From: Azolla caroliniana
Lineage: Eukaryota > Plantae > Polypodiophyta
Direction of reading: 5' to 3'
Length of the DNA: 64,000 nucleotides
NCBI GenBank assembly: GCA_043228905.1
Contig: JBHGNT010000012.1
Span: 7,502,001-7,566,000 of the forward strand
The notes beneath the pieces are model-generated. The model had not been told where the DNA came from. It worked only from the letters and a program-made list of their open reading frames with translations, and made no database searches. Made by a program: the position numbers and the translations under genes. Numbering within the stretch: position 1 is the stretch's first letter; every line of letters begins with the position of its first letter. Shown in pieces: positions 34,801 to 48,389 of the stretch.

Positions 34801-37800
34801 GAAAAAGCATCAAGCAAACAGGTGCAGGTGGTCCAATTCGAATTTGATAATATTAACGGCCAATATGGATATTAAAGATTAATATTATACACTTTATTAT
34901 CGTAAGAATTTGAAGAATTCATTGATTTGGGAAAACAAATGATCTAGCACATGGTTGTTTCTAGGAAAATTGGAAAACATTAAACAAACAGTGTGGATGC
35001 TCCAATATTGATGTGATACTATTTATCACCAGTGTGGGCTTTAAAGTTTGATGTTACACACGTCACTAGCCAAAGAATTAATTGGTTTGGGAAAGTGAAC
35101 CTGTATTTTAGGATTAATCAAACATTCAAGAGAAGTTGTACTCACTGTTTATTTACTACTATGTAATCATGATCATGTATCAATGGGGTTCATGTGCTTA
35201 CAGAAAAAGCTTTAGACTGAAGACTCTATGCATTACATGGTAGAGTACAAAATGTGCTTTGGTTCGTATTTGATTTGAAGTTAATTTAACATACCTTCAG
35301 CAGTCTTGATGACACAAAGTAGTGTTTACTGGTGTCTCGAGTTGAAGATGCTTTAATTATCTTGATATGCTAACAACTCCTATAACTCATCGTCGTTTCC
35401 CAATCTTTGAATTTTGATTACGTGTTGTTGAATGCTGCTGGATAAATAGTTTGACATAACACACAAAAATTAAAGCATAGACTGATGCTGATGGCACATA
35501 AACTCTGAAGATGCAAGGTTCCAAAAAATTTGAGGAGGGTGTACACGTTGGTTTTATCGTGTACCTTTCATGGTACATGTGATGTGAAATTTAAACTGTG
35601 CCATAACTAGGATCTAGTTATCACGAGAAAGGGTATTTTAAAATTTGAGCCTTTTTAATTTCGTTACATTTCCAGACAAGATTGCATAAAATTATTAGAA
35701 GTAATTTTCATAAAAAGCAAAAAAACTTGTTATGATTGTAACATGGCTATACATTGCATAAACGAGATATAGATTGGTTCTTGTTTTTGTATGGACTCAA
35801 TATATCCTTCACTGTAACAATCTTGACTGTCATTTGGATGGAGTTGATCTATACTTTCCCTAGCTTATGGGGGCATTTTCTGGTTCCTCTTGTGCTGCTC
35901 AAGAACACTGATGACATTTTCTTCAAGTTTGGGGTTACTTGTTCATGTTCTTTACACACAAAGCAGATGTTGCAGAATGGAATTATAACACTCCACAGTG
36001 GTTTTTTGTACATACCACTTAAAGACTCTTTATGTTCATTGTATCAGTTCTTATATATTGGGATATGGTCGGGCATATTTATTGTGGCCCATTGTTCGTT
36101 GTATAATTCATATATAGTAATACAGATTTTCCATTAAGAACAATTGTATAATTGACTTCCATGATTTTTACTGAAATGCATTTCAGTGACTTGGGTTTAC
36201 ATTTTCCTAATGTTAGCAGCCATTTCTTGACATCAATGGCAATTTTTGAAATTTACCTACTCAGCAATTTTCACAGTTATAGTTGCATGACATCATCATA
36301 ACTTGGCTCATCACTGTATGTACATATTCATATATCCTTGTATATAGAGTCTTGCATAAGGTTGTTTGAAAGGCTCTTCACCATATATTACTTCTACATT
36401 CCATGTCTACATTTTTGGCACTACAGTTATTGCTTGACATGGATGATGATATTTTAAATTTGACTTATTCTTCAATGATCGACTGCTTCTTGTTCACTAG
36501 AAATCGAGCCCTTAATACCACTGATGTCATGTTTAAAAAGACATTGTAGCATCTAAAAAAATACTACAGCTCTCTGATGCTCTAGATGAAGAAATCTAGA
36601 GTCTATAGTTGGATACCACACCTATGTTATGAAGGAATCTTGAGTTGGACAGAGTAAGATAGAGGGCTGATGGTAGTGTAATAAAAATAATACAGTTCTC
36701 GTGCTTAAGATGGAGAAATCTAGAGTCTGTAGTTTGACACATACTAATTGATGAAGCTTTACCTACTCTTCAATGATCAACCACATCTTGTCCACTAGAA
36801 TTCGAGGCCTTAATACTAGTCATTGGGTTATTTAAGATATAGGGGTAATGGTACCATATAAAAAATAATGCAGTTCTCTCATGGTTTAGATGAAGAAATC
36901 TAGAGACTATAGTGGAACACTACGCATATGAGATGAAGAACAGCAGAGAAGTAATATTTATGCATCTACATTTTTATAGCACCTTCAGGAGAAGTGACAG
37001 AGTTAGTATGTTAATATATTTTATAATTCGAGTCTGTGGTTGGACACCACACATCTGTGATGAAGAGGAGAAAGAAATAATATTTACATTCCATGTCTGC
37101 ATTTGTCCAGCACTTTTAGGAGAAATGGCAGAACTAGTTCTATTGCTTGACATGGATGATGATATTTTAAGTTTTACTTACTCGTCAATGATTCATTGCT
37201 TCTTGTCCACTACAATAGGGCCCCAAGAACAAATTGAGGTCATGTTTAAAAGGACAAAGTAAGATAGAGGGCTCATGGTACTATTTACAATATACAGCTC
37301 TCTCTTTCTTAGATGAAGAAATCTAGAGTCTGGTAGTTGGACTCTGATACATTATTTCATGGAGAGGAGTTCAAGAGCAGAAAGAAATACAGTTTACAAG
37401 TAATTTGAACTTATTAAACATATACCAATGGGAGTATGGTACATATCGACACACAGAAAGAGGCAGCAGAAAACAAAGGTTATAAAATGCGTCTACACTA
37501 GGTATTACAATGGTAGCCTAAATTTATGAGTTCTTCTCATGTCATTGACATTAGGCACTTATGCTTAGTGATTTTAGTGACATGATGCATCATGTATGTG
37601 AAGCATGTCAATGGAAGTAAATGTTTCTTAAACTTGATGCATTGACCTGGCTGAATTTATGTTCTCAAGTTTCATCTTGACATTACCTTTCCCTTAAAAA
37701 CTGTCTATATGGGCCCTGCAGCCACACCCCTTTGGAGAAATGGCCCAGAAGAAAAGCCTGTGCTATGCAATGCGTGTGGTTCAAGGTGGCGAACAAAAGG

Positions 37801-40800
37801 CACTCTATCCAATTACATGCCAATGCACTCAGGAGGTCTTGGACTAAAGAATGGATCTATGCAAAAAACTGCACAGAAGATAAATGAAGTTCACCCTCAT
37901 AAGAGAAAGGAACCAGCCAGTGGATTTTCAGAATATAGATTTTATCCAGGATCAGATTATCATGCAAGTAGTTCTCTTGATGATGATGATTCTGCCAGAT
38001 TAAGTTCAGGATCAAGGATCTCATTATCAGAGAGCTGTGCACATACTCCTAAAGCAGGTAAAGGGACAGGTGCAATTGTCAAGGCTTGCAATTGTGCAAA
38101 AGCCTTGACACGTTGATTTTATGCAAGTTTGGATTCTTATTTGTGAATTTTTTCCGTAGAATGTTGGCCACCATGGGGGTTTCATGTGCCTTCCAAAAGA
38201 CGCACTGCCCTGCTTCATCATCGGCATTTCATAAAAAGATTTTCTTCTCTTCCAACATCAGAATCTTTTTCATGTAGATGCACATCTGAAGAAGATTTGC
38301 TGGTTGACTATAAACCATTATTGACAACTGAAATTGGGCTCGGAGGGGTTTTTATTCGACCATCTCCATCCAGACCTCCAGCACAAGAATCACAAGCAAG
38401 CTCTATTGGCTATATTAATAACGAGATGCATGAAGCTGTGACTTTGAAAGCGACTTTAATAAGAGAAGGGGCTATTGACATACCCATATTAGATCAAATC
38501 ATAAAACAGAAACGAAAGGAGAAAACAAATCAGCTTGCAAGAAATATTGGGGTCAGTAGAACAAATGTTTCAAAAGGATGGATGCCAAACAAAGCTCTTT
38601 TGTAAGCATACTGAAACCTTATTTCGTGAAATCATCCCTTTCTATCGTCATGGCTAAAAACATTCATGCATATTACATTGTCTAATTTATATAAGGCAGA
38701 AAAATATAGTAAAGACAGCAGATAGAAATCAAGTGGTTCCAATGCATACAGGACTTAAAATAGCAGAACAAAGTATATTTATCATATGTGTATTCACCTT
38801 CATCATGCCCCAGTGCACCTTAAAATCTTTAATACTCATGGAGGTATGCCATCTTGCAGCGTAAAACTAAAACTAAAAACTAGAATAGAAGCATTGGTTC
38901 TCATGGTTTTGTTACCTGGAACTGGATTATTCATTGCCTCTTTGTGAGCAATGTAGCACATTGATTTATGGACAAATTGATGCAGAACTGTGTCCATGTT
39001 GTGGAAATGAAAGAAAAACGGAAATAAATTTATTCATAGCTTGAAAACCAAAGTCAACAAACGATGATGATATTGATGGTGGTGTATGCAGGACAACTAT
39101 TATCATAAGATTCTATTTCTCATAAACATGATACAAAAATTTCAATAGCAGCATTGGAGCAAATGGACAAGGGTTGAGCCTTGCTAAATTTGGAGGTAAG
39201 GCTTCAATGTGGAAAGAGAGAATCTCAATGAATAGTCGTACGGGGAAAGTACTAAGGACCCCTCTGAACCACTTTGGCATGCCTGGTAGTTGCGAGGAGA
39301 AAGCTGAGAGAGGAGCCATTGGAAGGGTGTAAATGCATCTATGACCATTTTCCATATGGAAAACACAGCATTTCCACTTCAAATTTGATGAAACTGCCAT
39401 TGTAGCCTGAGTCAGCCTTAATATTGTCCAATTGACCTAATTTGTTTTTTGCTGAAGTCGAAAATGGTTTTTCCACATTGAGCAAGGGGTTCCCAATATT
39501 CCACCATATCTTAATTGAGTGATCTCTATTGCCTCAAGACCATATGTCCAACAAGACCACTAAAACAGTCGATGAAGTTGCACATTTTGATATTGGCCCT
39601 CTAGAGGCGAACACACCCATAACTATCATGTTATTATGCTTGGTTCAATTGTTTATTTCATTTTTCTCCTTTTTGAGCTTTTGTTTCACTTCTTTTAAAG
39701 GTTGTCTTTACATTTATATTCAGAGGGAAAACTGTTGGATGGGCCTTTCAAAGATGTAAATATTTGTATGTACTATGTATATAACATGATATATAGTTGC
39801 ACATCCTAGATTCTAATGCATGACAATGTGATTACATTTTCGAATTATTTGTCAGTGTGCATGCTTAACTATAAATCTTATGGAAATATATAATCTTCTT
39901 ACGAAGTTCACATATTTGGATATATGCAGAGCCAAATTTCCTTACAATAAGCGTGAAGTTTTGCAAAGTTGCCACTCGCCACTGTCGTTTGTGGAACTGA
40001 AAGTAAATCTGAGAAGTCTCAAATTGTTGTTTCAGTGATAAATTTGATCGCTTTCAAAACTTTATATTTACCTGAGGTTTGAGGTCCATATTATGGATCC
40101 AATTTTGCAGGACATAGTCAATTATGATACATTTATGGGTCTTCTATCAGATGAGGAGCAACAGCAATTAGTGGAACATGTCTCACCAATAGATGCAGAC
40201 TCGGAGGGGTAATTTTCTTTTAAATGGATTGTTACAATCTTTTGTTTGTCAACTAAAAAATAACTACTGCATGGCATCCATCAGCATTGGCCGATAGCGG
40301 ATAAATTCTATCTGTAGTATATACCACTTGTGTTCAATCATCAGAGTAAGGGCTCTCAGCAGTTCAGTTGGTTTTTGGTACAGTTATTACACAACCCTGT
40401 TTTTCTTAAAACACCTTCTTGTTAAACCCTTAGTGAGTTTCAGTGTTAATAGGTTTGACTATTCTTACAGGTTTTCAAAGGCTTTGAGCAGCCCAAGTTG
40501 TGCTCCTCATTGGTTTCTTCTGCATTATGACTTCAAGCCTGTCTAGAAATCTGTCCAGTTATATTTTCTATAAAGTCTCGCTTTCCAAGTTTTATCTATA
40601 GAGAAGATTTAGTGTTACAAGTGTATCGAGTAACCACACCCTAAACCCTAAACCTAAACCAGCATCCTTGTTTTGCTCAAATCTTGCTAGCCACTACCAT
40701 TGGGAGCACACACTTTGCTTGACACTGATTCATTTAGTGCATAAATTCCTATTTGAATATCCATTGGAACTTCAAGAGATTCCAGTTGCTGCACAAGTGA

Positions 40801-43694
40801 TAACATATTGAAGGCTTTTTGGAAACGTATAAAATAAATATAGGTTCTCCTATCATAGACTCTTCCTTCCTCAATAAGTTTTCAAGTGTCAATATGCGAT
40901 CCAACATGGTAAATGTCAGGCTTGGGAGAGGAAAAGGTGGAATACACATGCTCCTACACATACCTAGGAGTAACATTTACAGGGCCTAGGTTCTCCTTAC
41001 GGGAAGCTGCTTGTGCCTGACTTTCTCGTGGATATGCAGCCCGAGTGTGTGGACTATCTGTGACCATTTGAAGTAGTTTTTTCCATTGAGTAGATTTGCC
41101 TCCACCTAGTTGAAACATAGTAGTTTCGACTGTATGTCCACCAGGTATGCTGCTTGCTATGGATGTCTCAGACATCTTGAGAATTCAGCTATTGGAGGGG
41201 AAGGCAAGAAAAAAAAAACTCAGCTATGAAGGCTGATAACAAAGAGATTCTTGAAAAAAAGGTTCTCAGCTATGAAGCCAAATCACAGGAGATTCTTGGC
41301 TACGAAGAGAAACAATGAGGGCTTAAGAGAAGAAACAATGACAAGGAGATTCTCAGCTATGAGGGCTGATAACAATGGAATTCTCAGCTATGAAGGCTGA
41401 TGAAATAACAAGGATAGGAGTGTATGAGTTTGGAGGCAATGAAGGCCTAAGAGAGAGCAATGAAGGTTCTTCACTCTGATACCATGTTTGGAGTGGACAA
41501 CTTCAATGCCGAGGAAGTATTTTAACCTTGCTAATCTTTTTTCCTCAAATTCTTTGTCATGGTGTCTTCCTAGAGATTGCTTTCCTTCTTCGTCATCTCC
41601 TGTGATTAAGATATCATCAACATAGACCAACAATATCAATATTTTTCCTGTTGAATGTTTAATAAAAAGAGTTGGATCAGCTTGACGTTGTTGGTACTCT
41701 TTTGATGTCATAGCCTTTGTAACTCTCCCAAACCATGCCCTTGGGAATTGCTTGAGATCATATAGTGCTTTCTTAAGTTTACAAACTGTATTTTCAGGGA
41801 CTTTCCCTTCGATATTATAGAATGTCTGTAAAATAAAGAAAAATTTAATGAAGTGCAATGATGCTTGAGAGAAGTGGAGCGTGAGTGGATCCTTCCATTA
41901 ACTGTCTAATAGAAGGATGTGACGTCAATCTTGTATGTAGTGGTGAGCTGCCTCGGAGATTATACTTGATCTCTGACAATGATACTATGTATCTTCTGAT
42001 GCTGGAAATGTCTTCTCTGTGATGATCTATGTTTCTTAGTGTGTTTTAGTGAGCCAAATAAACTGTGCAGTCAAAGGGATATCCTTCTATGAGGTGCTGG
42101 TTGTGCTTGATCTGAGGTCACTTGCCACGACATTCTGAAGAAGTCTCACATCAGCCTTTGTACAGGACGCTGGCTGTCTATCCCTCAGGGAAGACATTAA
42201 ATCTACTGATCTCTAGTAAAATAAACCCAAAATTTGACTCTTGATCATAGAAGATCATGACCCGGGAGAATGGTCCAAATCTCTCCCTGGTGAGGCAGTG
42301 GAGGCATCCTTGAATCTCATGGCAGTAGAAGCAAACAAAATGTGGCTATTAGGGTGGTATTGGATTTAAATAAAAGGGTTTTGCAGAGCATTTTGTAGAA
42401 AAGAGAATAGGACAAACTGAAGATAGTGATTATAAATAAATGAGTAGAGGACACCTATTCATGCGCATTTAAGCAGCCAAATAATTTCCCTTATGAGGTA
42501 TATGTTGTGAGTCGAATAGTTTACTGCACCTCTCAGTGTGATAAATGTATGAATCAACATTTGAGCTTTAGTATAATCTCATAAGATAGCGTTAAGTATA
42601 AATGAGCTGTGATATCTGAGAATGGTTGACTGTATCTTGCAGTTTGAGGTGTATGTTCAGCTGTGTTCAATTTGAGAGCTCTTTGAGGCTTTTCCAAACT
42701 CTACTATCGGAGGGTATGTTTGATTCAGATTGCGGTCTAAGTCCTGGTGTTTTGCAACATTATCGACATCTTTTGACACTATCAGACTTAAGGACATCAG
42801 GCTGGATTGAAAGATGCTCTACATTTTCAAACCGAGCAAAACGAAAGGGTGCCATGGATTATAGCAAGGTAATTCTGGAGTGCATAAATGCTTCATGGAC
42901 ATCTAGTTTGGTTATTTATAACTCTTCTTGGAAGGGGATTGGAATCAGATTACCCAAGACAAGGAGTATCTGAAAGAAAAGATGAAGAGTTTGACGTCTA
43001 TGGGATTGAATCAGTTATTACCAGGTGATACTGGGGAAGCCAAACATGTGCCAGCTAGTGATTTTTGCTTCGTTTCAGCTGGTAAAAAGTCCATGCAGAG
43101 CAGCCATAGTCAGATGATAGTTCCATACTTTGGTTCTTATTTAGTTATTTTTCTATGTTGCATTGATTGAGTGCAGAAAAGGGGAAAAGAGTGGCTGCTG
43201 GTCTTGATTTTAAAGCTCAGACATCACTTGATTCATGGTCTATGTTCTCAGATGTTACATACAATGAGAAAGTTAAGCCCACCAGCAGACAAAGGCAAAA
43301 CTCTTTGGAAAGAGATAGTGTAAAAGGTGGGAAGAAATGCTGTATGCATCTGAACAGCAAAAGCATAAAACCAAGGGATAGAGTATGTCCTCATTATCAA
43401 AGAAGGGAAAGACCCACATCAAGCTACACATCGATTGACGAAGCTATCTATGGAGTCATTCAAGAGCATGACATTCTGCTTGATCTACCATCCAATGTTT
43501 CTTTTCAGCAAGCTGAGTTGTTACAAAAACCAGTATGGATGAGCAAATTATTACCAAGAGAAGTTGAAGGAATCCCAAAACAAAGAAGTGATGATCCGAT
43601 TGTCAAGAATGTATGGTCACATACTGAAACCAACTCTGATTTGACTGGACTCTGGAACTCCCCTTCAGAATCCGTGAATCACACTTTACAATAA
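31899..43694 (+). CDS. GATA26: GATA transcription factor, subfamily IV (GATA26/27-like; GATA zinc finger + ASXH/DEUBAD). Predicted exons 31899-31938, 37722-38057, 38160-38601, 39930-40002, 40111-40208, 42643-42868, 42949-43081, 43177-43694
   Basis: Spliced MGKQGPCCHCGIS|TTPLWRNGPEEKPVLCNACGSRWRTKGTL, VPSKRRT, TEIGLGGV, SPLSFVELKDIVNY..EEQQQL, MFSCVQFE..FQTLLSEGMFD, DILLDLPSNVSFQQAELL. All junctions are GT-AG with consistent phases. Probable 5' UTR exon ends at 31596. Confidence 0.9.
33225..33435. mobile_element. small hAT-like MITE in GATA intron 1
   Basis: Starts CATAGT like the 24363 element, has CATTCG/CGAATG subterminal motifs, and is flanked by a TTCTAGC duplication. Confidence 0.45.
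33500..34070 (-). mobile_element. LINE zf-RVT fragment in GATA intron 1
   Basis: GERMESVH..SIWKRILKLL..YRWGEALW is homologous to the ORF at 28171-28875. Confidence 0.65.
36390..37340. repeat. degenerate tandem duplications in GATA intron 1
   Basis: Recurrent TTGCTTGACATGGATGATGATATTTTAA (2x) and TAGATG(A/G)AGAAATCTAGAG (4x) blocks. Confidence 0.65.
41388..41858 (-). mobile_element. copia RT fragment in a GATA intron
   Basis: VCKLKKALYDLKQFPRAWF..LLVYVDDILITG..LKYFLGIEV. Confidence 0.8.
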
Positions 43695-45426
43695 GGGTAA
43701 ATAGCTGCTTCTCTCATTTACTATTTTCTTGTGCATAGCAATGAGTTCTAAGCCTTCAGCTCCATGTCATAGCAGATGATGTTATAGTATATGTTATAGC
43801 AATGAGACATGATTCGACTGCTGAGTGCCTGGGGAGGGATGATGAAAGGGCAATAACATACATACGTTTTTTCTAGATTTGCCTTTTCCGGCTAATTGTA
43901 ATACAAATGCGAGTAAAACAAATATAACACTTCAATGAGAGCAAAGTTCGTAAATTTTGTAACCTTTGGGTAATGTTCCTCAACTGTCAAGAAGAACAAT
44001 CGTAATATTTTGTTTTGTACATATGCAGTTTCGGATGATATAAAGCATATATAGTCCATCCACTTCATCGATGATTATTAGTGATTAATTCCATAAATTA
44101 GATTAATTAGGGTAATTTGACACAAGCTCTAATGCAAAGATGGCATTAAGAGTTCCATTTCAACAAATAGAGAAAATCAACAGTACCTTCTGGTTAGCTG
44201 AATATCGGAGTTCGTAGAACAATTTCACATTATAACATTCTGCCATCAAACCATGAGGAACTTTTAAAATGTCACATTCAAAATTTTGGCTACTTTTTGC
44301 ATGAATCTACAAGACAATAAATCATGAATGTCATAACATCATATGTACTACCTAAACATCTTATTCAAAGGTGGTAAAGAACTATGGGAGGTGAAGGTAA
44401 GGGATGCAAGATACAACCTAAAAATGATGGTAATACATGCCTCAATTAGAAGGATAAGTAGTTGTTCAATCTTTGCATGCAATGCAAAAGAGTTTAACTG
44501 ATAGTCATTGGGACTAGCAAGAAGTTGGCTCCACTTCATATATGATTCATAATAAATAATATCCAAGTTTTAAAAGACCTAATGGTATGCCTAAATGCGA
44601 TGTCCATGATATAGTTTATTTTTATTTGAGAATTCGTCCTAAATTATGCATGTTCTTAGAAGAACAGTCAATATAGCTTTTGACTTAAAGTTTTGGAAGA
44701 AAAGTCTAGAGAGACACCACCATATATATTCTGAATGCAGAACATTATCATTCAATATACCTTGTTTAATGTAGTAACCCCTTACACATGGAGAAATGTT
44801 ATGAAACATGCTTGTGGAAGCTCCAATATGGTGAAATTGCATTGCTCAATTTTGTACAGGGCACTGAAATATGAGCACTAACACATTGCAAGGCTAGGAA
44901 AGCCAATGACCTGGGGTTCCACTGAAGGGTTCTACCGTCTTGCTGATCCTTTATTATTTGGTGCTCATGGCTCTGTCCACTTTGTTACATAAGACCCATA
45001 TAACTTCTCAAAATCATTCGCTATTGATCATTATCATATTTATTTCCTGGCTTATGACATGGTTTATCCCAGTGTCATAACTTCTTAAATCATTAGATAT
45101 TTAGCATTATGTTCCCATGTGACTTCACATCATTAGATTTCCATGTTTTTAGCTCTATGTATGTTGCATCCACTTAGTGACATATCTCACTTGGTGTAAC
45201 TACTGAATATGTCCTTTTTGTAATCATTTTATGACGATCGTGGATAGGCCAGTTTGTTTCTCTTTCTTTACGTCCTCTTGTGCTTTTGTTTCCACTTTGT
45301 GTCTTTGTGACATAGGACTGCAATATAACCCTGAGTATCGGCTGAGCATTACGTACTCATGTTTTTACTGAGCCAAAAACATATTTTGTCTCACTAAAGC
45401 TGCTAATCGTTTTCCTTATTAGGGTA

Positions 45427-47451
45427 TCATTCTATCGGCATCCATGATTCCATTTTTATGCCCACACCTTCAATCTTCTCTACATCTTTCATGCCTGCAG
45501 CTGCATAAATGTTTCTCATAGATACATAAGCTATAACATCCTTTTCATCTAGTTCTATTGCATGCTGGAAGGCCAATTTTCCGAGGTTCACGTTCTCCCA
45601 TTTCTTGCAAGCACCCAATATACTATGCCAGGCCATTCGGGAGTCGGGCGATGGTATTATTTGATTGCTAAATGTTATTGCCTTGTCTAAGTGACCTGCA
45701 CGGCCATAAAGATCAACCATGCATTGGAGATGCTTTGAAGTGGGGGATATGCCATAACATGTGCTTATAATCTCAAAGCAATTCTCCCCCTTATCCAGGA
45801 GTCCAGAGTGACTACAAGCATTAAGTAGAATGGTCAATATAGTTGAATCTGGTTGCTTACCTTCTTGTATCATTTTATTGAAGGACTTGAATACAATTTC
45901 CTCTTCTCCAAGCTGGGCATATCCATCTAAAAGAGCAGTCCATGAAACTAGATCATGAAGTAGAAGTTTGCTAAACACTTCTTGTGCTTCTAGCAGCATG
46001 CCACAATTTGCATACATACCTACCAATGTAGTACCAACAGCTATATCCTCTCCCATGAACCCTTCCCTTATCATTCTAGCATGTATTTCTTGACCTTTAC
46101 CAGGTGCTCCTGTGTGTCCACAAGCTTGCAATGTGCAAAGGAATGTGACTTTGTCCGGAACAAAACCAGCATGTTGCATCTTTTCGAAACAATGTAATGC
46201 ATCTTCCCCTTCTCCATGTTGAGCATTGCCAGCGATAAGTGCATTCCAGGATGCTCTACTGGGAATCCGAAGGCCATGGAAGGCTCCCTCTGCTTTTGAA
46301 AGCATACCACATTTGCTGTACATGTCAACCAAGGCTGTTCCAACTAAAACATCATTGCATAACAAATCATCTTTTATGTAGGCAAGTATACTTTCACCTT
46401 TTTCAGCTGATTCAATGCTACCACAAGCTTTCAAGACACAAGAAAGTGTTACTGCCGAGGGAGAGAAGCCCTCCCGTCTCAGTTGATCAAAGCATTGGAA
46501 TACCTCATTGCAATGCCCATATTGAGCATATCCTGCAATGAGGGCATTCCATGAGACCACATCCCGTTTCGGCAAGATGTCAAACACCTCTTGTGCTTTC
46601 GAAAGATTGCCGCATTTGGTGTACATATCTACCAAAGCATTTCCAAGAACAATGTCTTTTGTCAGCAATCCATCCTTAATGATCTTAGCATGAATTTCAT
46701 GGCCCTTTTCAGCTGCTTTCACAATTCCACAAGCTTTTAAGACACAAGAAAATGTCACAGAATTCGGAGATATGCCCTTCAATTGCATCTCCTCATAACA
46801 ATTCAATGCTTCCTGACCATAGCCACATTGAGCATATCCTGCAATGAGTGTAGTCCATGAGATGACATCTTGAACTGGAAGATCTTCAAATACCTCTTGT
46901 GCTTTTTCAAGGAGGCCACACTTAGCATACATATCTATCAGTGCATTGCCAACAATTCTGTTATTTTCAAGCAATCCATCTTTAACAATCTTAGCATATA
47001 TCTCTTGACCTTTATTGACTGCTCTTGTGTTACCACATGCCTTTAAGACACAAACAAGTGTGACTGCATCTGGAGAGATACCTTCTTGTTGCATTTGTTG
47101 AAAGTAAACAAGTGCTTCCAAACCGTCTCCACTTTTTGCGTATTGAGCAATAAGAGAGTTCCATGAAATTAGTTCCCAAGATGGCATTCCATCAAATAGA
47201 CTTTGGGCTCTTTTTAGAAAACCATGTTCCGCATAAATATTTGCCAACAAATCTGGAGTATTAGCATTGTTTTCACGAATCCTGTAATTTACGACATCAT
47301 CTACAAAACCACCAGCATCCTTTTGGCAGATATTTTCAAACTCCTTAGTCTGGTCTTTTGTCGAAGAAAATATTCCTTCCATCATCTTTTCTTTTTTTTC
47401 CATCTCAATGGAGATCTTCGTAGAAATAGCATGCACAAAAAAAAACGGCAA
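45427..47451 (-). CDS. PLS-class pentatricopeptide repeat protein with E domain, no DYW (organellar RNA-editing factor type); true start uncertain
   Basis: Repeated P-L-S triplets (DVISWTTLIAGYAQ / PNSVTFSCVLKACG / GNALVDMYTKCG) and terminal CMVDLYGRAGHL..WHSILGAC..YVSMRNIYAAAG; single 674-aa ORF. Confidence 0.92.
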   Translation of the reverse strand: MPFFFVHAISTKISIEMEKKEKMMEGIFSSTKDQTKEFENICQKDAGGFVDDVVNYRIRENNANTPDLLANIYAEHGFLKRAQSLFDGMPSWELISWNSLIAQYAKSGDGLEALVYFQQMQQEGISPDAVTLVCVLKACGNTRAVNKGQEIYAKIVKDGLLENNRIVGNALIDMYAKCGLLEKAQEVFEDLPVQDVISWTTLIAGYAQCGYGQEALNCYEEMQLKGISPNSVTFSCVLKACGIVKAAEKGHEIHAKIIKDGLLTKDIVLGNALVDMYTKCGNLSKAQEVFDILPKRDVVSWNALIAGYAQYGHCNEVFQCFDQLRREGFSPSAVTLSCVLKACGSIESAEKGESILAYIKDDLLCNDVLVGTALVDMYSKCGMLSKAEGAFHGLRIPSRASWNALIAGNAQHGEGEDALHCFEKMQHAGFVPDKVTFLCTLQACGHTGAPGKGQEIHARMIREGFMGEDIAVGTTLVGMYANCGMLLEAQEVFSKLLLHDLVSWTALLDGYAQLGEEEIVFKSFNKMIQEGKQPDSTILTILLNACSHSGLLDKGENCFEIISTCYGISPTSKHLQCMVDLYGRAGHLDKAITFSNQIIPSPDSRMAWHSILGACKKWENVNLGKLAFQHAIELDEKDVIAYVSMRNIYAAAGMKDVEKIEGVGIKMESWMPIE

Positions 47452-48389
47452 GCATCAATTTTTAATTATCACACTACACTATGATGAAACAAGCCACATG
47501 AGCAAAAGTATCTTATCATATTAAACTTAAGATATAATGGGCTTTGGGTTCATTGAAGACCAATGTTTGGCAAAATTATTGGCTAGGTTTCCTTTTCATG
47601 CATGAAATAGTATAAAATTACAAGATATTAATGCAAGTTTACAAGTGTTTAGGTAGTATCTTATATACCTTTTGTCAGATTTTGCTCCATTATAGATACT
47701 TCCAACCGAAGTGTTCAAAAGTTTTTATCAGCCTTTTAGTGGATGAAAATACATTCAGCTAAAGAGAGATTCATCGATGAGAAATAACAAAGATTGAGAT
47801 TGATCTTACATCATTGTTTTTCTGTTCATCTGCAATAGCCAAAAGTGCTTCCTTCTCAGTTCTTCCCGAACCCAGAAGGGATTGAAGGAACCACTGTATT
47901 CAAAGTAAATCATTGCCAACTCTATGTTTGAAAAACTGGATTACTAGGGATTTTGTTTTCTGTTGAGGCAAAACAATACCATACATATAGAAAAAACGAA
48001 AAGAAATACCAACAAGATAAGGCACATGGATTCAGCACCTTATCCTTTTGAATGTCCCCCCAATATGATGAATTGCAGAAATAGTCTCTCCATTGAGCAT
48101 CGAAGTTTCTTCTTAGAACAAGTGTTCAGGAAACTTTTCTTCATTAATTGGCTCAGTTTCCTTATCATGCATGAATTAACAGGATTATTATATTATTTGT
48201 ATGAGATTTTGTGCCCTTTTTATTTGGAAAAAACAAATTTATATAAATTGAACAAACAAAAAGCAATAATATTTCTGGCAGATTTTGATCCATTTAATGA
48301 AATTTTGAAAGGAAATCAGTAAATGTTTATCGCATGTTGTCCCGTTCCACAACAAATTTAGAAACTTAACATAAATTTTATATATTTCT

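Noticed and set aside
40638-40660. CCCTAAA repeats as an interstitial telomere
   Set aside because: Only about three imperfect units; such telo-box-like runs are common in plant DNA.
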